From the IMG/VR virus record IMGVR_UViG_3300044540_000317: a DNA stretch of 20,000 bases; one strand, given 5' to 3'. The stretch's first letter is position 1; every line of letters begins with the position of its first letter. Position numbers and translations under genes: made by a program. Positions 9,154-16,780 of this stretch are shown one piece after another. Origin of the DNA: an uncultured virus (IMG/VR IMGVR_UViG_3300044540_000317) (Duplodnaviria; Heunggongvirae; Uroviricota; Caudoviricetes). The notes beneath the pieces are model-generated. The model made no database searches, had not been told where the DNA came from, and saw only the letters and a list, made by a program, of their open reading frames with translations.

Positions 9154-9852
9154 TCACGACCAGCGAGCGATGGCGGTAACGGTTCCGGGCGCGATCTCGG
9201 TGAAGCCGGCATCCTCGACCCGGACCGGCGCGAGGTCGACCAGGGTGCGCCAGCGCCACGGTTCGGGGTGCTCAACCGCAACCGGGTATCCGTCTGCAGC
9301 CCAGCGGTCGCGTCGACGGGCCGGCATTGCGGCGAGCGCGATTTGGGCGGCATGGCCCGCCGCAGCAGCCGCTTTCCCGAGCGAAAGGTGCGGGTCGGTG
9401 CTGATCGACACGACCAGGGGCCCGCTCGCGATCGGGGCCATTATCTCCGGGCCGAGGACGACTGGTTCCGAACCGGTCAGCTGCAGTCGGCGGATGCTGG
9501 ACGGGATCTCGTTAACTGCGGTGGGGACCAGTGCGCGAACTGTCGCGCCGCCATGTGCGGAGACGGTGGCAATCAGGCCGGGTGCAGCGTCTACCTTCTC
9601 GAAGTCGGTGGCGGTCCGCGCACGGCGGGCATGCTTGCGGATCCGGCCGGCGGTCCACCGGACGATCGCGTCATGCCACTCCCCGCCGGGCTGGGAGCGC
9701 GGGTCGGTCAGGACGTGAACTACGGCGGTCGCAGCGGCGGAGCAGACGGCAGCGCGCGACGGAGTATCGCTGTTGCGCGGCATCCACGCGATCAGCTGCA
9801 TCGCCCACGGGCTCTCGCCGTCCGGGTCGACGTGGCGGGCATCTTCGCTCAC
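9154..9852 (-). CDS. PTH2-family peptidyl-tRNA hydrolase, actinobacterial type, ~232 aa
   Basis: WTAGRIRKHARRAR, LSLGKAAAAAGHAAQ, VEDAGFTEIAPGTVT; GTG 9852 after GAGG, just downstream of the preceding stop. Confidence 0.88.
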   Translation of the reverse strand: MSEDARHVDPDGESPWAMQLIAWMPRNSDTPSRAAVCSAAATAVVHVLTDPRSQPGGEWHDAIVRWTAGRIRKHARRARTATDFEKVDAAPGLIATVSAHGGATVRALVPTAVNEIPSSIRRLQLTGSEPVVLGPEIMAPIASGPLVVSISTDPHLSLGKAAAAAGHAAQIALAAMPARRRDRWAADGYPVAVEHPEPWRWRTLVDLAPVRVEDAGFTEIAPGTVTAIARWS

Positions 9853-9859
9853 GAGCACC

Positions 9860-10162
9860 TCACTGGTCCTGGCCGATGTCGAACAGGGACATGTCCGGCC
9901 CTGCGTCTGCGTCGTTGGCGGGAATCGCGAGAGGGATGTCCGCCCCGGCAGGGTCTGGGGCCTCGGTCCACTCCGAATATGTCGTGGTGACGGTTCGGAT
10001 CCGCATGATCGGCCGGGAGCCGAGCTGCACGTGCGCCTCGTAGCGGTGCCATGCGAACGCAGCATCGTCGAGGACGCCGGTCGGCACGAGCGACCCGTCG
10101 TTGCGATAGGCCCAGACCTCGTATTCGGTCCGGGTCGTGCTCCGGTCTGCGGTCATGGTCAT
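9860..10162 (-). CDS. Small hypothetical protein, ~100 aa
   Basis: ATGA overlap with the upstream HAD gene; packed into the operon. Confidence 0.7.
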   Translation of the reverse strand: MTMTADRSTTRTEYEVWAYRNDGSLVPTGVLDDAAFAWHRYEAHVQLGSRPIMRIRTVTTTYSEWTEAPDPAGADIPLAIPANDADAGPDMSLFDIGQDQ

Positions 10163-10743
10163 GCTCCCGATGGGTCAAGGTGGGCGGCGATGCGAGTGAC
10201 ATCGTTGAACGTCAGGCCGACAGCAGGGTCCGTCGCAATCAGCAGGCCGGGACTTGCTGGGAACGCTGACGCGTCGTCGGCGCCCGGCGTCAGACCCGCC
10301 ATGGCGATGGCTTCGTCGTCGACCCATGCGTACGGGCGCGGATGCGCAGCGAGATGTGTTCGAAGCGCGACATGCTTCCAGGTTGCGGGGATGGCTCCGC
10401 GGTAGCGGGGAGGCTGCTTCGCGAGGACGAACCCGCCGGCGAGTCGACCGTCGAAAGCTTTCTCAACCAGCGCACGCGCGTTCGGGCCCCACGTGGTCAA
10501 CCAGCCCAAGCCGACCCGGCCGGAGGCGACGAGCTCGTCAAGTGCGTCGATGACGATGTCGTCGAAGTCGATGCGGTATTTCGCTCCGTGCGCGGTCCGC
10601 ACTAGCCGCGACGACAGGCCGGCCGGCGGCGCGAGGTCGGGGTCGTCGAAGACGTTAAGGACCCCGTCGACGTCGAGGGCGAGCAGCGGCAGGCCAGTCG
10701 GAATGTCGGAGGGGCCAAGGAGCACCGGTCGGGTCGCGGTCAT
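10159..10743 (-). CDS. HAD-superfamily protein of the Swiss-Army-Knife RNA-repair (HAD_SAK) type, 194 aa
   Basis: LLALDVDGVLN (motif I), WLTTW (motif II), WK (motif III), AWVDDE (motif IV); ATG 10743 overlaps the upstream stop (ATGA). Confidence 0.87.
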   Translation of the reverse strand: MTATRPVLLGPSDIPTGLPLLALDVDGVLNVFDDPDLAPPAGLSSRLVRTAHGAKYRIDFDDIVIDALDELVASGRVGLGWLTTWGPNARALVEKAFDGRLAGGFVLAKQPPRYRGAIPATWKHVALRTHLAAHPRPYAWVDDEAIAMAGLTPGADDASAFPASPGLLIATDPAVGLTFNDVTRIAAHLDPSGA

Positions 10744-11264
10744 CGGCGGCGCTCCGTGCTCTTGACGATAGTGCCCTCGGGTACATCGAGGACGAGCTCG
10801 GCGGAGTACCCGCATGAGGGGGAGGTGCGTACGGTTCGGATCCAGTCGGGCAGATCTTCGCCCTCTTCGGCCGGCGCGACTCCGATCGCCCACGTGCCGC
10901 CGGCTTTCGTGTAGAGGGCTGTGACGACTAGGGCGCTGCCGTCTGGGGCGGTCAGGACGAGCTCGAGGCCGCCAGCGGGGGTGTTGTACTCGTCGCTGAT
11001 TGCTCCTTCGAGCTCGACAAGGTCGTCGCTGGCGCCGTAGACGCGCAGCTCGCGACGACCGGACAACACACGCCCGATCTCGTCGGCGGCGAGCCGATCG
11101 AGCAGGGCGCGGACCTGACAGGTCCCCCATTTCGCGCCGCAGCCACATTCCGCGTTCTGGTCATGCGCCTCATCGCCGGCGGTCGGATAGACCCGCTGAT
11201 GGTCGACATAGAGCGCCGCTCGCAACGCGACGGCGTCGCGAGCTTCGAAGTTGGGGGCAGTCAT
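10740..11264 (-). CDS. Phage-type hypothetical protein, 174 aa
   Basis: ATG 11264; His/Cys cluster (HQ...CGCGAKWGTC), followed by VYGASDDLVELEGAISDE, a motif I recall from phage hypothetical proteins (not verified). Confidence 0.7.
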   Translation of the reverse strand: MTAPNFEARDAVALRAALYVDHQRVYPTAGDEAHDQNAECGCGAKWGTCQVRALLDRLAADEIGRVLSGRRELRVYGASDDLVELEGAISDEYNTPAGGLELVLTAPDGSALVVTALYTKAGGTWAIGVAPAEEGEDLPDWIRTVRTSPSCGYSAELVLDVPEGTIVKSTERRR

Positions 11265-11281
11265 GGCGCGGACGGTTCTCT

Positions 11282-11554
11282 CTACGGGGTCGACGGTCGG
11301 TCGACGATGTCGGTCAGGTTCTCGGGCTTGGGTGCGAAGCCCGCCAGGAGCATCGGCCAAATGACCGGCAGGGTGCACGCCTCGCCCTCTCCGTGGGTGG
11401 AGTTCGCGACCGCTATCGCGGCGAGGCAGTGCGCCTCCTCGTGCGTGTCGCTGCGCTTCTGGGCGCGACCGAGGAGCCATTCCGCGGCCGCGAAGAACAG
11501 CTTTCCGACTATCCGGTCGGCCAGCGGCAGGTCCGGGCGGGCTGCGTGCGTCAT
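11282..11554 (-). CDS. Small hypothetical protein, 90 aa
   Basis: ATGA overlap with the upstream small gene; operon packing. Confidence 0.55.
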   Translation of the reverse strand: MTHAARPDLPLADRIVGKLFFAAAEWLLGRAQKRSDTHEEAHCLAAIAVANSTHGEGEACTLPVIWPMLLAGFAPKPENLTDIVDRPSTP

Positions 11555-11721
11555 CGAGTGGTCTTCCGGGCGCTTTCCCGTGCCTCGTATGCGGCCAGGC
11601 GCGCCATCCCTTCGCGGTGCGCGGCGCGGATGTACCAGCCGAGAGTCGCGACTCCCATGATGAGAATGGCGGGCAGGACGAAACCGCGGGTAAGGAAGTC
11701 GAGCACGGTCAGTGCTTCCAT
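11551..11721 (-). CDS. Small single-TM protein, 56 aa
   Basis: ATG 11721 after GAAAGGGGG; hydrophobic FVLPAILIMGVATLGWYI; first gene after promoter copy B. Confidence 0.65.
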   Translation of the reverse strand: MEALTVLDFLTRGFVLPAILIMGVATLGWYIRAAHREGMARLAAYEARESARKTTR

Positions 11722-11745
11722 GAATGCCCCCTTTCGGACACTCAC

Positions 11746-11767
11746 AGTATAGGCCCCCTGTACGACA
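11746..11767 (-). promoter_or_regulatory. Repeated promoter motif, copy B (TGTCGT-ACAGGGGGCC-TATACT)
   Basis: TATACT -10 box 25 nt upstream of ATG 11721; 22/27 identity with copy C over 11744-11770. Confidence 0.75.
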
Positions 11768-11834
11768 TTGCGGCAGTCCTCTGCGCGTTCGTTAGGGCTT
11801 CAGGAGCCATAACTGCCCGAGGAAGGTGCCCCTG

Positions 11835-13274
11835 ATGACTGCACGCGAGGAGATCATCGACGGCGGCCGCAAGATCGTCCTGCGCCGCGACAACGGCGAG
11901 CTTGCCGGCTCCCGCTCGATCGCCGGCAAGTCCGGCATCGCCGCACCGGTAGCGTCAGCCCCTGTCGCGTTCCCCGGAGCTCTCGGCATCGTCGACTCGA
12001 CCCAGCTCGACGAAGCGGAGGTGTTCCTCAACCTCATTCACCACAGCGACATGCCTGCCGTCGACGAGGACTTCGATGCAGTGGAGCATCGAGCAGCATG
12101 GCTCGAGAAGCTCCCCGAACCGCTCCAGGTCGGGTACCTCACGATGCGGACCCTGCCAACCAGCCTGGGCGAGGATCAGGCGCAGTACGTCTTCACGGCG
12201 CTACGCAACAGCGTCAAGCGCTGGGATCCGGCGCCCGTGGAGCCGACGGACCAGGAGTGGGAGACATACCTCGCGGAGACGGCAGCCAAGCTCGCCGACC
12301 CGGAGAACATGATGACTCCCGAGGCTCGTGCGGATGCGCTCGCACGTCTCGGCGCCCTGTCGATCGGTCCGAAGCCGGACGGTCCGACGTTCGCCGTCAT
12401 GGTCAACGCACCCAAGCGGGCCTGGCAGGCCAAGTTCGCCCTCGATCAGCAGGCCCTACAGATCGCATCCTGGGTCGACGCAGACGAGTACGAAGTGAAG
12501 CGGATGGTCACCCGGTTCCGCAGCGAGTACTACGCGCTCGCCGACGCCGGCACGCCGCCTGAGATCGATCCGAAGTATCACTCCGCGTGGAAGCGAACCG
12601 ACTGGTACTCCCCGAAGGACGCCGCGACCGCCTACTCGCATTGGAAGGCGGAGAACCCCGAGCTCTATCTCAACCCGGAGGAACCCCGCCGATTCGTCGC
12701 CCTTGACCTCGAAACGACCGGCCTGTCGACTCGCGACTCGGACATTATCGAGGTCGGCCTGGTCGAGTACGACGCGAAGGGTCGCGAGATCGGCAGTTGG
12801 AACCAGCTTGTTCGCCCGCCGGCGCAGCCGGACGGCTCGATCAGCGTCGGGGACGAGAAGGTCCAGTCGGTGCACAAGATCTCCGTCGAGGACGTCATCA
12901 ACCAGCCGACGTTCGACCAGATCCTTCCCGAGTTGCATAAGCGCCTCGTGGGGGCGACCGTCATTGGCCATAACCTCGCGTTCGACACCCGTCACCTGCG
13001 CACCAACTTCCGCTCCTACGCCCCCGACGGGGATCGTGAGCTGTCGAAGGCTCCTTGGAAGGGTGAGGCGGACACGCTGTTCCACGCCGCACGACACATG
13101 GACGGCTTGGAGAACAACAAGCTGCAGACCGTGTCCCAGTCTCTCGGGATCTCGTACACCAACGGGCACCGGGCCGAGCATGACGCCCGCGCGGCCGGCG
13201 AGGTGTTCTTCGCCCTGCGTAAGCAGATTAAGCGCCGCCAGGCCGCTGCGATCGCGGCGGCAGGTCAACGATAA
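11835..13274 (+). CDS. DEDDh (DnaQ-like) 3'-5' exonuclease with ~285-aa uncharacterised N-terminal region, 479 aa
   Basis: ExoI FVALDLETTGL...IIEVG, ExoII IGHNLAFD, ExoIII HRAEHDA; GAGGAAGG upstream of ATG 11835. Confidence 0.92.
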   Translation: MTAREEIIDGGRKIVLRRDNGELAGSRSIAGKSGIAAPVASAPVAFPGALGIVDSTQLDEAEVFLNLIHHSDMPAVDEDFDAVEHRAAWLEKLPEPLQVGYLTMRTLPTSLGEDQAQYVFTALRNSVKRWDPAPVEPTDQEWETYLAETAAKLADPENMMTPEARADALARLGALSIGPKPDGPTFAVMVNAPKRAWQAKFALDQQALQIASWVDADEYEVKRMVTRFRSEYYALADAGTPPEIDPKYHSAWKRTDWYSPKDAATAYSHWKAENPELYLNPEEPRRFVALDLETTGLSTRDSDIIEVGLVEYDAKGREIGSWNQLVRPPAQPDGSISVGDEKVQSVHKISVEDVINQPTFDQILPELHKRLVGATVIGHNLAFDTRHLRTNFRSYAPDGDRELSKAPWKGEADTLFHAARHMDGLENNKLQTVSQSLGISYTNGHRAEHDARAAGEVFFALRKQIKRRQAAAIAAAGQR

Positions 13275-13358
13275 CGGTCCTACGCCTGCCGGAAGCCCTC
13301 CTGCGTGACGGCTTCCGCGGGACTGCGCCAGCCAGCTCTGCCAGCGGTTGGACGTGGA

Positions 13359-13396
13359 AGCACCCCGCCGCCCGGGGACTCGGACGGCGGGGTGCT
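13359..13396. terminator. Hairpin between the convergent exonuclease and amidotransferase genes
   Basis: AGCACCCCGCCG (13359-13370) pairs with CGGCGGGGTGCT (13385-13396). Confidence 0.7.
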
Positions 13397-13411
13397 GGCT
13401 TGGTGTGGCCG

Positions 13412-14161
13412 CTACGCGACGCTGAGGGCGCGACGCTCCACGTCGGTCAGCGCACGGCGTTCCTGCTTGCCGAAGGAGATCCTTTCGATGATGTTGCCGT
13501 CGAGGACGCGGAGGTAGACCCCTTCATCTTCTTCCCATACCTTCGTCAGCGTCGTTCCGACGCCGGCGGCGCCGCGAGTCAGCGCGGAGCGGGTGGAGGC
13601 GAACAGTAACGACCCGCCGAGGGTGCGGCCGAGCACGAGGGGGCTGTACGACACACGCGCCAGGTGCAGGATGCGGGCGTCTTCGGCGTCGTACCAGGCG
13701 ACGGCGGCGGAGCCGCGCAGCAGCGCCAGGCTGTCCGTCGCAGGTAGGCCGGAATGAAGCAGGGTGGCGAAGATCGCTTCGGTGTCGACCTGCGCGATGC
13801 GTTTGTTTGCGCCGATCAGGTCGAACAGCTCGTCGTCGTTGTAGATGACGCCGTTGTGGATGCCGACGATGCCGCCAACGTCGACGGGGTGGTTGTTGTC
13901 GTTGTTCGCTGCCTTGCCCTGGGTGGCCCAGCGGGTGTGGCCGATGAAGGTCGGGGCGGTTGCGGGGACGTGCTCGCCTTGGACGTAGGTGCTCGCGGGG
14001 ATGGCGGCTTTCGAGACCCAGGTCTGGCCGTCGTCGGACAGCCAGGCGGTGCCTGTGGCGTGGCGGCCCCGGTCTTCGATGCCGAGCAGCATCTGGGTGG
14101 CGAGCGCAGTTGCGTCGATGGGTTCGGTGGGGTTGAGGCTGGCGCCTGCGATGCCGCACAT
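13412..14161 (-). CDS. Stand-alone class II (Ntn) glutamine amidotransferase, 249 aa
   Basis: N-terminal MCGIAG with catalytic Cys, EDRGRHATG, GHTRWATQG, NNHP, HNGVIYN, VDTE; GGAGG RBS; no fused SIS, PRTase or asparagine synthase domain. Confidence 0.93.
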   Translation of the reverse strand: MCGIAGASLNPTEPIDATALATQMLLGIEDRGRHATGTAWLSDDGQTWVSKAAIPASTYVQGEHVPATAPTFIGHTRWATQGKAANNDNNHPVDVGGIVGIHNGVIYNDDELFDLIGANKRIAQVDTEAIFATLLHSGLPATDSLALLRGSAAVAWYDAEDARILHLARVSYSPLVLGRTLGGSLLFASTRSALTRGAAGVGTTLTKVWEEDEGVYLRVLDGNIIERISFGKQERRALTDVERRALSVA

Positions 14162-14224
14162 GGGGCACCTCCGGTTCTCTTGTCATCTTGCTTCTTCGGC
14201 CAGTCCCGACCGAAGTACGTAAAC

Positions 14225-14246
14225 AGTATAGCATCCCTGTACGGCA
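14225..14246 (-). promoter_or_regulatory. Repeated promoter motif, copy C (TGCCGT-ACAGGGATGC-TATACT), upstream of the amidotransferase
   Basis: TATACT -10 box; near-identical to copy B. Confidence 0.75.
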
Positions 14247-14337
14247 ATGTGTAGTGCCGGCAGGTCCGCTCCGCCTGACGCTTCGCACACGCATCGGGAA
14301 GGCCGCCCGCCACCCGACGGTTCACCCATAGGGGAAC

Positions 14338-14365
14338 TTGCGCATACCGAGAACCACGCTAGAGT
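14338..14365 (+). promoter_or_regulatory. Putative housekeeping-type promoter for the sigma gene (TTGCGC-N16-TAGAGT)
   Basis: Both hexamers seen directly, upstream of the GAGGAG RBS and GTG 14391. Confidence 0.45.
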
Positions 14366-14390
14366 CAAATTGACACACCGAGGAGCGAGA

Positions 14391-15173
14391 GTGAAGACGA
14401 CGACAGCAGTCGCCGCCGCGCGCGACACGCCAGGTCCAGCCCGACGACCAACCGGCCCAGCCGACGGCACCGCCGTCGCAACCGGCTTCGGCGGTGCGCC
14501 GCTCACGCCCCTGCACCAGCGCTCAGCCGACGCCATTATCGCCGACTACGGGTTCCTCGTTGACGCTGTCCTGCGCCGCCTACCCCCGCCCGCGCTGCAC
14601 GGCCGCGTCGCCGACATCGACGATCTCCGACAAGAGGGGCTCATCGCCCTACTCGATGCGGCCCGCACCTACAACCCCGCTGCCGGCGCAGCGTTCCCGA
14701 CCTACGCCCGCGTCTGCGTCCTCAACGCCATCCGCATGGTCCTGCGCAAACTCGACGTAGTCCCCTCACAGGTAAGGCGCGACCTGCGCACCGTCCGCGC
14801 AGCAGAGGACCGCCTTGCGCAGACGGGCGACAGCGTCGACGCTTTGCCGGCAACGACCGGTTTGACCGTCAGCCAGATTCGGCACGCACGCCATTGGCAG
14901 CACCTCGCCACCACCGTCGAGCTCGACGAAAGCTCCCCCGCCTCTCATCCTTCACCGGAACAGGCGGTCCTGGCGGCGGAGGAAGCACGGGAGCTGCGCG
15001 CCGCCATTGCCGCACTACCGGAACGGCATCGACGCGTTCTACTCAGCCGCCTGGTCCATGAGACCCCCGTCCGAACACTCGCCGCCGCCGAAGGTCTATC
15101 CCCGGCACGCATCAGCCAGTTGACCACATCAGCCATCCAGGCGCTGGAACAGATCGTCCGACCGACCCCATAA
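14391..15173 (+). CDS. Sigma-70 family, group 3 (FliA/WhiG-like) RNA polymerase sigma factor, ~260 aa
   Basis: Region 2 DIDDLRQEGLIALLDAARTYNPAAGAAFPTYA; LRKLDVVPSQVR resembles FliA LDWVPRSVR; region 4 AIAALPERHRRVL...GLSPARISQL. Confidence 0.9.
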   Translation: MKTTTAVAAARDTPGPARRPTGPADGTAVATGFGGAPLTPLHQRSADAIIADYGFLVDAVLRRLPPPALHGRVADIDDLRQEGLIALLDAARTYNPAAGAAFPTYARVCVLNAIRMVLRKLDVVPSQVRRDLRTVRAAEDRLAQTGDSVDALPATTGLTVSQIRHARHWQHLATTVELDESSPASHPSPEQAVLAAEEARELRAAIAALPERHRRVLLSRLVHETPVRTLAAAEGLSPARISQLTTSAIQALEQIVRPTP

Positions 15174-15221
15174 AGCGCTGACCGTCGGCCGTGGAACATA
15201 ACGCCGGCCGCAAGGGGGGTA

Positions 15222-15797
15222 TCAGCGAGACAACAAGCGGCGGAAGAAGCTCCGGCGCGGCACCAGCTCGTTGCCCGCGGCCCCTTGGGCGTCGGCGGCA
15301 TCCTCAGCCGAACCGTCAGCCCACACGTCCTCCTGCTGGGCCGCTTCCCACGCGAGCAGCAACGCCTCACGCTCCGCCGGCGTCTGGGTCACCATCAGCC
15401 AGAAGACCGACGCGATAACCACGACGATCGCGCCCATGAACGCGTTCCCCAGGTCATGGAACGCGCCGACGATCAGCATTGCCACCATCCATAAACCGGC
15501 CGCAGTGAAGGCGACCCGTCGACGCAGAAGAAGCGGCCAGCGTTCCCGAACGTTGAGCCGCGCATGCCAGGCGTCGTTCAGGGCGGACCACCAGACCACG
15601 TAGCCGGCCAGGAACCACGAAAGGCCCCCGAGCGACCCGGCGATCACCATTACGAGCTCGACCGCATGCAGCGCCAGGCCGACAGCGACGAGCGCGACAC
15701 CTGCCGCGGCGAGGATTCCGGCGAGCGCCTTCGCGCTGCGCCCGGCGAGGATCTGCCGGTCCGCCCAGCCTCGAAAGCTGTCAAGGAGCTGGTTCAT
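15222..15797 (-). CDS. Integral membrane protein with about four TM helices, 191 aa
   Basis: ATG 15797 after GGAAAGGGA; four hydrophobic segments; acidic tail ending in basic RRSFFRRLLSR. Confidence 0.8.
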   Translation of the reverse strand: MNQLLDSFRGWADRQILAGRSAKALAGILAAAGVALVAVGLALHAVELVMVIAGSLGGLSWFLAGYVVWWSALNDAWHARLNVRERWPLLLRRRVAFTAAGLWMVAMLIVGAFHDLGNAFMGAIVVVIASVFWLMVTQTPAEREALLLAWEAAQQEDVWADGSAEDAADAQGAAGNELVPRRSFFRRLLSR

Positions 15798-16066
15798 TGG
15801 GGTCCCTTTCCGGGTTCGGACGTGCACGAGCACCATCGGCGCACCGACTGGCTGCCGAGGCGGACAGCGAGCGAGAGCCCCCGCCGGTCGGCGCATCTGC
15901 GGCCATTTGGCGCCGCCATAGCCGCCCGAGGGGCAGACTCGAGTGCCTCCTCGTCGCGACAGGGACCGCCCGCCGAGCCAACGGCGACGCTGGCCGATAC
16001 AGAAAGGCAAGACACGCGAGCCGTAGGGATACTGAGCACGCGCCCACCCACGCAGGAGAACAAGAC

Positions 16067-16615
16067 ATGACTATCCAGCTGCTCAAGAACAACTCAGAAG
16101 CCGACGGTCCGGTCATCGCACCGATTAAGGCCGACGGCAGCGGCTTCCCCCTCGGCATGTACTACAACGGCTACGCCGACGTCGCCTTCGCCGACACCTA
16201 CGCAGAGCTTCTCGACATCCTCATGCCCGGCTATGCCGCGGACGACGAAGCCGCCCAGATCGCCCGCCGCATCACGCTCGCCGCCAACGTCGCCGCACAA
16301 ACCCAGGCCAGCGTCATGTACGACGCCGACCGCTCCGACTTCACCGACGCCGAGTGGGAAGCCCTCACCACCCCGCGCACGATGAAACAGCCGACAGTTC
16401 TGTGGTGGACCCACGAGGTCCCCCTCGTCGTGTACGAGACGGCATACGAGCCGTACACCGACGTCCCCCGTCCCGCATCCGCCCAGGCAGACGGCGCCGC
16501 CGACGCACCGAACCTGTGGTGGATTCGGAACGTCGAAGAAGAGGACTTTCTCATCAGCCTGCACGAAGTCGGCTACATCCGACTCATGCAGAACCTCACC
16601 ATCACCGAAGACTGA
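16067..16615 (+). CDS. Acidic hypothetical protein, 182 aa
   Basis: ATG 16067 after CAGGAG; strong C/G third-position bias; followed by a terminator. Confidence 0.85.
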   Translation: MTIQLLKNNSEADGPVIAPIKADGSGFPLGMYYNGYADVAFADTYAELLDILMPGYAADDEAAQIARRITLAANVAAQTQASVMYDADRSDFTDAEWEALTTPRTMKQPTVLWWTHEVPLVVYETAYEPYTDVPRPASAQADGAADAPNLWWIRNVEEEDFLISLHEVGYIRLMQNLTITED

Positions 16616-16636
16616 TCCCGGCGCCACCACCGGCCG

Positions 16637-16676
16637 CGAAGGCCCCGCACGCGCTCGAGCGCCGGCGGGGCCTTCG
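16637..16676 (+). terminator. Intrinsic terminator
   Basis: CGAAGGCCCCGC pairs with GCGGGGCCTTCG (12-bp stem), followed by TGCTTTCT. Confidence 0.8.
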
Positions 16677-16780
16677 TGCTTTCTCGCGGCGGGCGCCTAC
16701 GCCACCAGCCGCCGGCTCGTTAGGGACCCCGTTGGACGGAACGACCGTCCCGCGCAGCCCTAAACGTCGCCGAGGTCCCC

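Noticed and set aside
13632..13653. TGTCGTACAG match to the promoter motif on the minus strand
   Set aside because: Inside the amidotransferase CDS (V-S-Y-S), and the aligned -10 position reads CGTGCT, not TANNNT. CGTACAG hits at ~6731 and ~8865 are also intragenic and lack a -10.
13412..14161. Calling the amidotransferase glmS, purF or asnB, or a truncated pseudogene of one
   Set aside because: No synthase domain follows; it has a clean stop and hairpin, which fits the stand-alone mobile-element type.
16067..16615. Acidic protein upstream of the ligase as a Pup/ubiquitin-like modifier
   Set aside because: It is 182 aa, looks globular, ends in ITED rather than GGE/GGQ, and is separated from the ligase by a terminator.
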